Positions 9,472-19,558 of a stretch of 38,614 bases of DNA are shown one piece after another. This stretch comes from a candidate division WWE3 bacterium (GTDB lineage: Bacteria; Patescibacteriota; WWE3; UBA101185; UBA10185): the NCBI GenBank assembly GCA_016182565.1, contig JACPGI010000008.1:1-38614 (forward strand), given 5' to 3'. Made by a program: the position numbers and the translations under genes. How positions within the stretch are numbered: position 1 is the first letter of the stretch; the number at the start of each line of letters is the position of its first letter. Below the pieces are notes generated by a model that saw nothing but the letters and a program-made list of their open reading frames with translations, was not told where the DNA came from and did not search any database.

Positions 9472-10203
9472 CTATTCTCCAAATGGGGCATAGCCTTGTT
9501 GCTCAAGCTCATCTGCCAACTCTTTACCACCCGATTTAACTAATACGCCGTCTTTTATAACATGCACAAAGTCAGGGATAATATAATTTAATATTCTAGT
9601 GTAGTGAGTAATTACCAAAACACTCATATTTGTAGTGGTTCTTAAATAATTCACAGCCTCAGACACAGTTTTTAATGCATCTATGTCAAGACCACTATCA
9701 AGCTCATCTAAAATTGCAAGTTTGGGCTCCATGATAAGCATCTGAAGCATTTCCATTTTCTTTTTTTCACCTCCGGAAAAACCTTCATTTAGATACCTTG
9801 AGGTAAAGTCTTGAGAAATCCCTAGGATACTCATTTTTTCTTGTAAAATTTCACGAAATTTGATGGGACTTAGTTTCACAGCATTTTTTTTATTGTAAAT
9901 TGTACGAAGGAAATTTGTAATTGAAACTCCTGTTACTTCACTTGGATATTGAAAAGATAAAAATAAACCACTCAAGGCTCTTTCGTTGGACTTTAGTTCC
10001 AATAGATTTTTATCCTCAAAAATAATTTCTCCATCTGTAACATGGTAGTTAGGATGCCCCATGAGAGTTTGTGCCAAAGTACTTTTACCAGAACCATTTG
10101 GCCCCATCAAAACATGTACCTCATTTTTATTAATTGTAAGATTTATACCTTTTAAAATTTCCTTATTGTCTGTATTAACTTTTAGTTGTTTTATCTTTAA
10201 CAT
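9472..10203 (-). CDS. sufC: Fe-S cluster assembly ATPase SufC
   Basis: MGPNGSGKST, FQYP, NEGFSGGEKK, LDELDSGLDID and ITHY. Confidence 0.97.
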   Translation of the reverse strand: MLKIKQLKVNTDNKEILKGINLTINKNEVHVLMGPNGSGKSTLAQTLMGHPNYHVTDGEIIFEDKNLLELKSNERALSGLFLSFQYPSEVTGVSITNFLRTIYNKKNAVKLSPIKFREILQEKMSILGISQDFTSRYLNEGFSGGEKKKMEMLQMLIMEPKLAILDELDSGLDIDALKTVSEAVNYLRTTTNMSVLVITHYTRILNYIIPDFVHVIKDGVLVKSGGKELADELEQQGYAPFGE

Positions 10204-10230
10204 AAAAAATAAAGGGTATTTGCAGGCTTT

Positions 10231-10587
10231 CTACTTTTCTGGAAATTTCAAATTTTGTAAAATGCAGGCTTTCTTGTGATGTGGACATATGTGACTAACT
10301 GCGTAAAAAACCTCCTTGCCAATTCTTTTTGACTTTAGAAGTCCGGAATGTTTCATTTCTTTAAGATGATATGACACGGTTGGTTGGGTAAGATTTAACT
10401 GGTCAACAATATTTCCTACAGTTGCTTCCTTTTTCTTAAAATTCAAATAATTATAAATAATCATTCGAGAGGGAACACTAATTGACTTAAAACAATTAAC
10501 ACATCTCACAACTACTGGCCTTGCAGTAGGTTTTTTAAGTTCTGTTTTTGTAGTTGTTAGAATTAATTTTGTCTTTTGGCTAAGCAT
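10231..10587 (-). CDS. ArsR/SmtB-family transcriptional regulator with Cys/His clusters, first gene of the suf operon
   Basis: SRMIIYNYL...TVGNIVDQLNLTQPTVSYHLKEMKHSGLL...GKEVFY, plus CVNC and HICPHHKKAC. Confidence 0.88.
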   Translation of the reverse strand: MLSQKTKLILTTTKTELKKPTARPVVVRCVNCFKSISVPSRMIIYNYLNFKKKEATVGNIVDQLNLTQPTVSYHLKEMKHSGLLKSKRIGKEVFYAVSHICPHHKKACILQNLKFPEK

Positions 10588-10590
10588 CGG

Positions 10591-10623
10591 ATAGATGATA
10601 GTCTATATGAGATTGGGTGTCAA
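10591..10623 (-). promoter_or_regulatory. sigma70 promoter of the arsR-suf operon with an overlapping inverted repeat (candidate operator)
   Basis: Minus strand TTGACA-17 nt-TATCAT-7 nt-ATG. ATAGA-N6-TCTAT (10591-10606) straddles the -10 box. Confidence 0.7.
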
Positions 10624-10645
10624 TTAAATTAAAAGGGTTAGATAG

Positions 10646-11440
10646 CTAGTTTAAAAGTCCAAGCTTTAGTACCCAATTACTGGCTGTAGTGTCAATATAG
10701 CCTCTTGAACCAAATTTTATATGAAGCTTTTTGACATCAACTCCCATAGATTGGAGTTCGGCTTTGGCTCTTACAAAACCTTCTCTAAAAGCAACCATAT
10801 TTGGGTTTTTTTCACTCACGGCTGCATTTTGAAAATCAATACCTAAAATTTCAATTCTTAATACATGATCGGAATCGTAAGAGAAGGAATGAATAACAAT
10901 ATTTAATTCCATCTTATTTGAAGTCATAAAGTTATTTATATAAACTGGGATTCGATTATTTAATTTAATCTTCTCGTTTAGAGCATCTTGGTCACTTATT
11001 TCTTTGTTTAGAATATATTCCGGCGCTACAGCTGCAGTTCTCTTCCCATTAGCTACTTCATTTATTATTTTCGAGGTGTCTTGATTTGGAGTAATCATTA
11101 CAATTTCTCCAGAGCCTTCTAAACCATTTCTTTTATATTCATCTGGATCTGATAAGTCTTCAGTTATTACAATGTCAGGGTTTGTTGACTGCACAAAATC
11201 ATCTTCAGTATTCTTTAAAAAATTCGGTAGAATTCCAGGTCCATTTAGAAACGCATCATCTACTTCTTTCTTAAAAGAGGGAAGTGTCATATCTAAAGTG
11301 CCAAGCTTTACCTCACTGCCACCGCGGAAAAGTATTAACAGAAATAATCCAAGTGCTAAAGCTCCCAAAATTAGAATGAATTTCTTTTTGGATTTTATAA
11401 GGCTTATTATTGGTTGTAGTTTAACTAAGATATTTTTCAT
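10646..11440 (-). CDS. hypothetical membrane-anchored protein
   Basis: 264-aa ORF with an N-terminal TM, starting 8 nt after the large gene. Confidence 0.75.
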   Translation of the reverse strand: MKNILVKLQPIISLIKSKKKFILILGALALGLFLLILFRGGSEVKLGTLDMTLPSFKKEVDDAFLNGPGILPNFLKNTEDDFVQSTNPDIVITEDLSDPDEYKRNGLEGSGEIVMITPNQDTSKIINEVANGKRTAAVAPEYILNKEISDQDALNEKIKLNNRIPVYINNFMTSNKMELNIVIHSFSYDSDHVLRIEILGIDFQNAAVSEKNPNMVAFREGFVRAKAELQSMGVDVKKLHIKFGSRGYIDTTASNWVLKLGLLN

Positions 11441-11448
11441 ATTTATCC

Positions 11449-14400
11449 TTAAGGTCCTCCTACCAAAAATCCTGTTAAGTAGAAATACAAAGCCGCAGTG
11501 TAAGCACCGGGTTTATCATAAAGTAGTGGTGGACCGCATCTTCCACATAAAGTCGGATAATCTTTAATTGATGGGTCATTAGCTTTACACAGGTCGCAAA
11601 ATGCATCTGCTCTAACTCCATCCATTGGATAAATAATGTACATGTTTGTAAATTCCGGCGCTAATAGGTTTGTAACATAAAGATCATCCATGTAAGGAAT
11701 TGTTGGCGGACAATGGTTATAGTATGAAAGTGGCGTACCATCTTCTGCAATTAAGTTTCCGCATTGCTGGTTCCCACCGCCATTGTAGTCTGATAAAGCT
11801 TTGATAAGATCTTCAAAAGTAGCAGGCACCGAACCATGAATAGCCAAAAAGTGATCTATAGCTCCACGCGCGTCGTCCAGTAGTGCACTTGGATCAATCT
11901 GATGACCATCAAATAATGATTGGAATGCATTATTATCCCCTTCGGCAAAATGTATACCAGCAATTACCTCGCATGGAACTTTCTTCTCTTTTTCTACTTT
12001 TGCGTAAACACTTAATACATCAGGATCAAGTGGGGCACTAAGTACATTTGCAGCTTGGGGGGTAACATTACTGTATTTAGTAAAATATTTAGCTTTTGGT
12101 ATAGACTCGTCCGAAGAACATTCAAAATATTCCGTTATTGGACAGTCCCAATAATAGCTTCCGTACTGACTTGTTAAAGGCATTCTTTTTTGCCATTGAA
12201 GTTCAAAAATACTAAATGGCACATAATCAGCCCCATATCTTTGCCTCTGTTTTTCATTGAGGGGGTGACCACCGTTCAGCGGTAATATTTCCCAATCACC
12301 CTTTGGCCCCTTTGATCCATCAGGCATAGTCATTTCGCAATGATAAAAGATTTCTTTATAGGGTTTTGTTCTATTTATTTTAGTAGGACTTGCCGAAGTA
12401 CGGTATAAAACTTTAGGTTCACCTCCTGGACCGGCATCCATATCAACTCCTGTAAAAGTTGCCGCACCCGCATCGCAGTGAGAACAACCAAAGTCAACCA
12501 TACCCATCACTTTTGAGCAAATATGCCCCCCATACGGAGATGAGAACATTTTTGCTAAATTACAAAGTTTGTTTGCCCACTTGTCTACTGAAACCTGGTC
12601 GGTTGAGTCGTTGCCATCTGCTAATAATTTTTCCTGGGTATGAGTTCCCATATATTCAGTGTTTAAGGTGGCAATATAACCATAGGAAGGTCTCTCAAGA
12701 TCACATCTTGTAAACGAGCAGGTTACCTCATCACCTGGTTGTGGATTAGAAACTTCACAGTCAGATATGTGCTTCTCATAACATGGGGTAGGATCATCTG
12801 GATCTTTATTTCTGTCATCTTCTAACGGACAATCCGCAGTATCAGCTTGAGGCTTTAAACAATTCATTACTTCCTGCTCAACTGTGCACGGCCTTTCATC
12901 AATCTTTCCGTCACCACAGCAATCTTTTTGTTTACCATTGGAACCATAACATTTACCATCGGAACCCGGATCATCACATTCAACTGAATACTCATAGTAG
13001 TAACATCCGTCTATCTCTTTTACCTTACAACTTCGCATAGCTTTGTTTACACCGGCATTTGGATCTCCAGGAGCGGGTTCTCTTGGGTCGTTATTAACAC
13101 CGGGATAAACTCCGCACCTATCTCCGGCAGTGAGATCAAGCCATGGCATATCCGGATGGTTTCCTGGATAACCGTTACCCACAATAGACCAACCGGCTCC
13201 ACCAGACCCTTCATCAACAACAAGAGGTGGAAAGAAACTCAAATAATTTCCTTCGTACAATGTATATTTGATAGGAATAGTTGAGCTAGATGCGACATCA
13301 GGAGGGTGCTTTCGATCCAAAAATGTTTTTATAGGATCTACTCCCCATGTAAAAGTTGTCAGATGATCAACAACATCTTTTCCAATATCTAAAAATGTGG
13401 TGTAGTCATTTAACAAGCCCATATTTACTTCGTCTTCAAAAGCAGCTGCACGAAGCATAGTATCAAGATAATCCCTGGTTACATTTGTACTTCCAATTGC
13501 ATTTAGTTCACCATACACCGGTTCAAACAGATCATAGTCTCCATTTGGACCAAGCCTTGATATCATCTCTGCATCCCTTCCGCCAGCATATGGGGTTTGA
13601 AAGATACCAGTCTGTTCTGAAACACTTCCCTGGCCACCCTGATCGTTATTTAAAGCTAAATGATCTGCTGAGCCGTTAAACATAGGGTCAGCATGAAAAT
13701 CAATGTTAGCCATCATTGTAAGGGCGATATTGCATTTCTTTCGGGCACCATCTGTTAAAGTACCCCCTTCAAACAGAGGAATACAATATCTTGCCCATTC
13801 ATATATTCGAACAAGGGGATGCTCCTCAATAGTTCCCCATGGAATACCGTATGGTGGTGGGGCTGATTCGCGTAACTGCTCATTTATAGAACAATGGGAA
13901 ATTGTGTATGCACCTATGTCCCATGTATAGTCAGATCTGTCTTTAAGAATTGCTTGAGCTCCCAAAGAAAGCTGTGATATATCAATCTCACCACCTTCGT
14001 TTGTCTCAGCGGCTTGAACCGAATATCTAGAGGCAGTTTCTCTTGCATTTCCAAAGTTAAATCCGGTTCTATTATCATCTGGCCCTAAAACCACATTTGC
14101 ATAAACATAGTTCATGGCTGCACTTGGCTTTATTTGTATCCAACCGGCCTTAGATAACTCACCGACCCCATATTTAGCAGGATCTAAATCTTCAAATTTG
14201 TATATTCCGGTCTCATCGGTAATCTGAGTTTTGTCCGTACTAGAGTCATATATAGAATTATTATTAATGTCTAAGTATATTGTCCAATCTTTAAGTCCTA
14301 TTTCAGCTGCTTCCTTGATGCCATTCTTATTGACATCTTCATAGACAATACCAGCAATTGAGGCTTTTCCTTCTTCACCGCCACCGCCTCCGCCCCCACC

Positions 14401-16350
14401 ACCGCCACCTCCATCACCCGGAAGTATCCCACCGGAAGCCACATAATTTATAAATTCTTCTTCGTAAGGAGAATCAAACATATTTATAATCCCACCATCA
14501 GCTTCCCCTACTACAAAATCGGCTCTTGGGGCGGAGTTTCTTGCATTTGTACCACCGGAAAATATATTTATACTTTGAGTTTTACAAGGCTTAAATCCCT
14601 CATAATTAATACCTATAATAAAGTCATTTACCCTTACCTCATCTTCCTGGGAACATGAATCGCTATCATCTTGATAGGTTGTAGTCATCACAGGAACAGC
14701 CCTTCCAGGCATAGTACAATCAGGTCTTCCAAAAAGTACCTGTAATCTTGGGTTAGACAAAAGCTGCTTACAAGTAAACTCAGTACCAGCTGGTATATTT
14801 ATGCCGTATTCCGGCAGGTTCCAAGTTTTTGTTGTAAAACAGAATGGAACCCAAGATTCAGCATCATTTATGCCTTGGGCTTCAAAATCATCGAAAGTAA
14901 GGGCTGATTGAGCACCAATAGCAAATGAGTTATCAAGCTTTGAATTATCCAAAGAGCTTTCCCCTATTGCAGGATTAGCACTTCCCACAGCACTCATACT
15001 TCTTTCCATTGTTTCGCATGTCTCAAGATAATCCCGTGAATGACCAATTTTTGCAGCTTCATATACATGGAGTGGTTGTTGCACAGGGGTTTGACCACCA
15101 GTACAACCAAATGCAAAACATAAAAGTCTATTTATTGCATTTGGAAACATATTTATGGTTTTTGCAGCAGATCTATTTTCTATAGTTCGATAGGCAGGCA
15201 ATTGTTTATTTGGAGGAAGGTGCCATATTGCATTTCTAATATTTTCTAAGTCGTAGTTTACTGGATCACAGTATTTTAATAAATCTTTGCTGCCTCCTTT
15301 TAAGTCTATATAAAAATATTGGACAAACTTCTTGCAGTCTTCAGACCATAAAGATCCTATAAACCCACCAGATGACTTTAATGATGGATCAAAAAGAGAT
15401 GGAATTTTGTCAGCAGGAATACCATCTATTTCCATAGCTTTAGTGGAGAGTATCGCTGCATCAGTAGAAACAAATCTTGTATCAAAGTTATTTTCTGTAA
15501 TTGATGCCTGGCTTGGGGTTTTTGGTTTGTTACTATAACCAATATAAAACGGATCGGTACCACTATCATGAAAACCTATTATTTCAGCTACAGTGTCTGT
15601 AACACATTCTAAAAATCTTGTTCTGTCTGCTATTTTTAAAATAACAGGTGGCAGTTTGTAACCTTTTTTTACCTGCGAAGAGCAATTGCCATTTAAGTAA
15701 AAGTTGCTTAAGTATTGGTTAGTTTTTATCCTTCGTAAGTCGGCTAGTTTTCCTTCACAAAAAGCAGCAATATAGACCTCACCGTTTTTTGGTCCCATTC
15801 TTCGCATCATCAGGCGCCAATAACCATCTTCGTTTGTTTCGGTGGATGTAAATAAGTGCGTTAAAGAACCTCGTGTAGTTTTACCGGATAAAGTGTTTGG
15901 TAGTTTCTCATATATTGCAATTGTTCCCCCTCTTATGGGTTCCCCTGTATTATAAAACACCTTTTCTTCTTCATCATCAGGATCTATTCCAGCATCTTTT
16001 AAACTATACTTAAAGCTTTCAAGTTGCACAGAGCCTAAAAACCCACATATTTTCATAAAACCAGGTAACCTATCTCCATCGTGCGGAGGACACCAGTAAT
16101 CATCCATATTTCGCATCTTGAGCTGATTTTTAGCAGTTATATTTTCGATACCACTTGCGGCAAGCGCTGATTTAATTATGTTTTCTTTTGTACCTTGTGC
16201 AATATATTTAGTTTTGGCAACTACCATGAATTTCTTTTCAGCAACAGAAAAAACAATACCTGTGAATAAGGCAAAAATTGTAATAAAACCCCATAATTTT
16301 ATCGGAGATACTTCAAATTTATCTCCGGGGTGTTTTCTTAGTAAACCCAT
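11449..16350 (-). CDS. large Cys-rich exported protein with a SdrD/Cna-B-like domain, poly-Gly linker and C-terminal lysozyme-like domain
   Basis: N-terminal TM; G12 run; ASIAGIVYEDVNKNGIKEAAEIGLKDWTIYL...TDETGIYKFEDLDPAKY...FNFGN (SdrD_B-like); VPCEVIAGIHFAE...ALSDYNGG (SLT-like). Confidence 0.8.
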   Translation of the reverse strand: MGLLRKHPGDKFEVSPIKLWGFITIFALFTGIVFSVAEKKFMVVAKTKYIAQGTKENIIKSALAASGIENITAKNQLKMRNMDDYWCPPHDGDRLPGFMKICGFLGSVQLESFKYSLKDAGIDPDDEEEKVFYNTGEPIRGGTIAIYEKLPNTLSGKTTRGSLTHLFTSTETNEDGYWRLMMRRMGPKNGEVYIAAFCEGKLADLRRIKTNQYLSNFYLNGNCSSQVKKGYKLPPVILKIADRTRFLECVTDTVAEIIGFHDSGTDPFYIGYSNKPKTPSQASITENNFDTRFVSTDAAILSTKAMEIDGIPADKIPSLFDPSLKSSGGFIGSLWSEDCKKFVQYFYIDLKGGSKDLLKYCDPVNYDLENIRNAIWHLPPNKQLPAYRTIENRSAAKTINMFPNAINRLLCFAFGCTGGQTPVQQPLHVYEAAKIGHSRDYLETCETMERSMSAVGSANPAIGESSLDNSKLDNSFAIGAQSALTFDDFEAQGINDAESWVPFCFTTKTWNLPEYGINIPAGTEFTCKQLLSNPRLQVLFGRPDCTMPGRAVPVMTTTYQDDSDSCSQEDEVRVNDFIIGINYEGFKPCKTQSINIFSGGTNARNSAPRADFVVGEADGGIINMFDSPYEEEFINYVASGGILPGDGGGGGGGGGGGGEEGKASIAGIVYEDVNKNGIKEAAEIGLKDWTIYLDINNNSIYDSSTDKTQITDETGIYKFEDLDPAKYGVGELSKAGWIQIKPSAAMNYVYANVVLGPDDNRTGFNFGNARETASRYSVQAAETNEGGEIDISQLSLGAQAILKDRSDYTWDIGAYTISHCSINEQLRESAPPPYGIPWGTIEEHPLVRIYEWARYCIPLFEGGTLTDGARKKCNIALTMMANIDFHADPMFNGSADHLALNNDQGGQGSVSEQTGIFQTPYAGGRDAEMISRLGPNGDYDLFEPVYGELNAIGSTNVTRDYLDTMLRAAAFEDEVNMGLLNDYTTFLDIGKDVVDHLTTFTWGVDPIKTFLDRKHPPDVASSSTIPIKYTLYEGNYLSFFPPLVVDEGSGGAGWSIVGNGYPGNHPDMPWLDLTAGDRCGVYPGVNNDPREPAPGDPNAGVNKAMRSCKVKEIDGCYYYEYSVECDDPGSDGKCYGSNGKQKDCCGDGKIDERPCTVEQEVMNCLKPQADTADCPLEDDRNKDPDDPTPCYEKHISDCEVSNPQPGDEVTCSFTRCDLERPSYGYIATLNTEYMGTHTQEKLLADGNDSTDQVSVDKWANKLCNLAKMFSSPYGGHICSKVMGMVDFGCSHCDAGAATFTGVDMDAGPGGEPKVLYRTSASPTKINRTKPYKEIFYHCEMTMPDGSKGPKGDWEILPLNGGHPLNEKQRQRYGADYVPFSIFELQWQKRMPLTSQYGSYYWDCPITEYFECSSDESIPKAKYFTKYSNVTPQAANVLSAPLDPDVLSVYAKVEKEKKVPCEVIAGIHFAEGDNNAFQSLFDGHQIDPSALLDDARGAIDHFLAIHGSVPATFEDLIKALSDYNGGGNQQCGNLIAEDGTPLSYYNHCPPTIPYMDDLYVTNLLAPEFTNMYIIYPMDGVRADAFCDLCKANDPSIKDYPTLCGRCGPPLLYDKPGAYTAALYFYLTGFLVGGP

Positions 16351-16388
16351 CGTGGAAATTATAGCATCAGGTTGTTAGACTTATACAT

Positions 16389-17264
16389 ATGAAAATCCTA
16401 CAAAATACTGTTGAACACCGAGTGAACAAACTTAAAACTTTTTTCCATGTTTTTGGAAAAAGCTCTAGTTCCTTTGACTATTATAAGGATATTGAGAGAG
16501 CTCCATTTAGATTGTCAGTTAAATATTTACTGGCGCTACTATTTATCGCCACAACCGTAACCACTATTAAATCGGCTATACCAATATTTAAAAATACTGA
16601 ACCTGATGTGAGAAATGCTTTGGAGAATATGGAAAAACTATACCCGCAGGATCTTATTTTAACTATTCAAGATGGGAAACTTACAAGTAATAAAACTGAA
16701 GCAGTGATAATAAAAAACCCAAGTTACGGTGGAAAAAGTGAGATTGGAAAAACAGAAAATCTTATTGTTATAGATGAAAATGGTGTAATTGAAGACTTAA
16801 AGTCAAAAAATACCCTCATGGTACTAAATAGTAAAAACCTTTTAGTACAGGATCCAAAGCAAGTTATAGTTTACCCCCTCTCTAAATTCCCCGATGTACA
16901 AATTGACAAAACTTTTGTCCAAAAAACAGCCCAAGACGCGCTGCCAATGATAAAAATCCTGCCTTATATTATCGTAACGCTTCTATTTGGAATAACTTAT
17001 GCTTTTTATGTCGTGAGTAGATTTATTTATCTTTTGGCGGTTGCATGTGTTTTATGGGGATTTACTCTACTTTTGGGCGAGACCTTTTCTTTTGGTAAAT
17101 TATACCAGTTTGGAATCCACGCTATGACTTTGCCTTTGGTACTTGAGGTTATTTTAGATATAGTAGCACCAAGTATTGATATTTCGTTTGCATTTCCTAT
17201 TTTGAACATAATAATTGCAATAGGTGGGATGCTTTATGCGACAAGAAAAGACTCTACCGCGTAG
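16389..17264 (+). CDS. DUF1189-like membrane protein
   Basis: One N-terminal TM, a soluble domain (PQDLILTIQDGKL), then four TMs with SFGKLYQFGIHAMTLP. Confidence 0.7.
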   Translation: MKILQNTVEHRVNKLKTFFHVFGKSSSSFDYYKDIERAPFRLSVKYLLALLFIATTVTTIKSAIPIFKNTEPDVRNALENMEKLYPQDLILTIQDGKLTSNKTEAVIIKNPSYGGKSEIGKTENLIVIDENGVIEDLKSKNTLMVLNSKNLLVQDPKQVIVYPLSKFPDVQIDKTFVQKTAQDALPMIKILPYIIVTLLFGITYAFYVVSRFIYLLAVACVLWGFTLLLGETFSFGKLYQFGIHAMTLPLVLEVILDIVAPSIDISFAFPILNIIIAIGGMLYATRKDSTA

Positions 17265-17441
17265 TTTAGCTAGGTAATCTTTTTGTGTTACTCGGCTTCT
17301 ATTTTAGAAAAGCTAGGAAAGCGTTGAAGAGTAATTGCCTCTGTGATAGCATTCGTCTGGCAACGACACAATATAAGATGGGTTTAAGAGCTAGCTTCAA
17401 ACGGTTTTTAGTAACATAATGGACACTTATTAAATTTATAT

Positions 17442-17516
17442 TCCCCTGTAGCTCAGTGGTAGAGCAGGAAGCTGTTAACTTCAAGGTCCGTGGTTCGAAT
17501 CCACGCGGGGGAGCCA
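17442..17516 (+). tRNA. tRNA-Asn(GTT)
   Basis: TCCCCTG/CGGGGGA acceptor stem, loop CTGTTAA, T loop TTCGAAT, GCCA end. Confidence 0.96.
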
Positions 17517-17637
17517 AATATCTTTTTTCCCTGTCACTGCGACGTTTTCAAACAATTTGTAAAATCTAGAACTTTACCCAAACAATGACCTGTAGTATAA
17601 TAACACAGAAGTCCAAATCAAAAGGAGATTTACTACA

Positions 17638-17967
17638 ATGGCAGCTATACCCGAAGATATCCTAAAGGCTATCAAGACTTGGGATCGAGGTCAGATTGGG
17701 GATCATATCAAAAACCAGCTACAGGATTTTTCCTTCAAAACCTGGGCTAGTTGGAAATTTCATGCGACCGAAGTCTGCACGTTATGCAAAGCAGTGCTAG
17801 CCCGCATAGATGAGCTCCAGATTCAATACCCTGCAGACGAAACACCCATTGGGGAAGTGATTTCATATATGCAAAGAGGCAGAACTTCAATCCAGCCACG
17901 GCCTCACATTGAAAAACTCATAGATATGATCCAAAAATCAGGTTTTACAGGATTGGATCAATTATGA
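17638..17967 (+). CDS. small hypothetical protein, probable paralog of 21021..21389
   Basis: TTTACC-17-TATAAT promoter, AGGAGA SD and a downstream terminator hairpin. Confidence 0.75.
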   Translation: MAAIPEDILKAIKTWDRGQIGDHIKNQLQDFSFKTWASWKFHATEVCTLCKAVLARIDELQIQYPADETPIGEVISYMQRGRTSIQPRPHIEKLIDMIQKSGFTGLDQL

Positions 17968-17970
17968 TTC

Positions 17971-18023
17971 GCAAGGTCTACGTGTATGGATTAGTCCAAC
18001 ATGCAGACCTTGTTTCGTTTTAT
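17971..18023 (+). terminator. long hairpin terminator, repeat copy 1
   Basis: GCAAGGTCTACGTGT...ACATGCAGACCTTGT followed by TTCGTTTT; 47/53 identical to 21395..21447. Confidence 0.75.
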
Positions 18024-18133
18024 ACACATATATTCCCAAACACAAACTTACTCATAAACTCTCTTACTCGAGTATCGTTTCCTCTGGTGAGCTAGTTGCA
18101 ACGTAATATACCCAAAATTGCTATACTATTAAT

Positions 18134-18367
18134 ATGTTTTTTGAAATTATTGGCTGGGTTGGTACACTAGCGATTCTCTTCGCATATTCCTTAGTGTCAT
18201 TTCACAAAATTTCTTCCAGTTCAAAAGAATATCAGTTATTAAATTTATTTGGAGCAATAGGAATTGTTGTTAATTCAGCGATTCATGGAGCTTTGCCTTT
18301 GGTGGGCTTAAATATTGCGTGGTTTTTAATTGCTTTATTTGCGTTATATAAAATAGCGAGGAAATAA
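18134..18367 (+). CDS. small 3-TM membrane protein (CBU_0592 / PQ-loop-like)
   Basis: IIGWVGTLAILFAY...YQLLNLFGA...LNIAW pattern; TATACT 6 nt upstream. Confidence 0.75.
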   Translation: MFFEIIGWVGTLAILFAYSLVSFHKISSSSKEYQLLNLFGAIGIVVNSAIHGALPLVGLNIAWFLIALFALYKIARK

Positions 18368-18377
18368 AACGGGGACT

Positions 18378-19364
18378 CTAAAAACTTAAGAAAGCTAAAA
18401 TATTATTTATAAAAGATCTTTCACTTCTGAGATACTCGCCGGTTTGGGCATCATAGTAAACTGTGGCTGGTATTTCTAATTCAAAAAGGCCTAAGAGTTT
18501 TTCAGATTTGTTAGCCTTCAGACGAAACTCTAATTTAGAAGTATCATCATCTCCAGAGTCGTCGTCAGATTCGATTTCAATTTCTTCAATACTGTCAATG
18601 TCATCAGAAGATTCTGCTTTCTCAAGAATAGCTTGGGGCATCACGCCTAGTTTTACTTCACCATTTTGAGTCTGAACATATATGTTTCCGTCAGCTTTGT
18701 CCAAAAATAGTGGAAAATTATCAAGACCTGTAACTCCCTCACTCTTAATCAAAATCTTGTTATCCTCCACTCTAACCTTTAACTTATTTCCCGATGAATC
18801 TTCAGTTTCAGACTCAATTCCCTCATCACTACCCTCATATTTTTCCTCCTTTAATAGTTTTCCAAATGCATCATAAGTTTTTGTTTCAATTTTTGTCTTA
18901 TCATTCTCTAGTTCCTTTTTTATAATCGAGTATGTGCCATCATTATTTTGAACTCTTTCTTCCGTTTTGTTTTTAGAAGTGTCCTCATCTTCCAACTCAT
19001 CCTCCTCTTCAATCTCATTTAAATCTTCGTCCAAATCGTCCGTATCCTCGTTTTCTTCATCTTCTTCTTTATCCTCATCTTCATCTTCATTTTCGTCCTT
19101 ATTTTCATCCTCATCATCACTATCCCCATCCTTGCTTTCGTCTTCGTCTTCGTCTTCATCTTCACTCTCATCATCATCGCCTAATATATAGCTAAGCTCT
19201 TTAGCATCAGATGCCTTTTGCTCCTTTGTTACTTTGTTGGTCAATTTAGAAGATATAAATGTAGATAAGACAAAAACCGCTACTATTAACAATAAAACAG
19301 GTAAATGAAATACGTAAAAAGTCATACTAGACGTCTTTTGGTATTTATTTTTTGACAAATTCAT
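18378..19364 (-). CDS. membrane-anchored acidic protein with an Asp/Glu low-complexity tract
   Basis: N-terminal TM, ~65-aa D/E tract, C-terminal KLLGLFELEIPATVYYDAQTGEYL (PepSY-like end). Confidence 0.8.
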   Translation of the reverse strand: MNLSKNKYQKTSSMTFYVFHLPVLLLIVAVFVLSTFISSKLTNKVTKEQKASDAKELSYILGDDDESEDEDEDEDESKDGDSDDEDENKDENEDEDEDKEEDEENEDTDDLDEDLNEIEEEDELEDEDTSKNKTEERVQNNDGTYSIIKKELENDKTKIETKTYDAFGKLLKEEKYEGSDEGIESETEDSSGNKLKVRVEDNKILIKSEGVTGLDNFPLFLDKADGNIYVQTQNGEVKLGVMPQAILEKAESSDDIDSIEEIEIESDDDSGDDDTSKLEFRLKANKSEKLLGLFELEIPATVYYDAQTGEYLRSERSFINNILAFLSF

Positions 19365-19448
19365 TGTGTGAATGATACAGCGTTTTGATTAGAAAAAGCA
19401 AGTACCAACATACGTTGCTTTGGGGTAAATCCTATATAATAGTTATTA

Positions 19449-19502
19449 ATGAAACTTTCCGAACAATTATTTAAACTAGCAAAAACTCCCCTATTCGAGT
19501 AA
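19449..19502 (+). other. 17-codon ORF MKLSEQLFKLAKTPLFE containing a thrice-repeated motif
   Basis: TATAAT 8 nt upstream; could be a gene remnant. Confidence 0.3.
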
Positions 19503-19558
19503 CATCTGTTCTAATGAAGCACAAAAGCTAAATATCATTCACTTGTTATAATCCTTAT

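Noticed and set aside
17310-17397. Possible structured RNA (AAGCTAG/CTAGCTT enclosing TTGCC/GGCAA)
   Set aside because: Too few helices and no clear promoter or terminator; cannot be distinguished from chance.
17410-17438. dif-like palindrome (T)AGTAACATAA-TGGACAC-TTATTAAATTT before tRNA-Asn
   Set aside because: The spacer is 7 bp rather than 6, the arms match weakly, and CATAAT is more simply the tRNA promoter -10 box.
17299-17517. 72-aa ORF, and likewise 4090..4296
   Set aside because: They overlap tRNA genes and are spurious translations.
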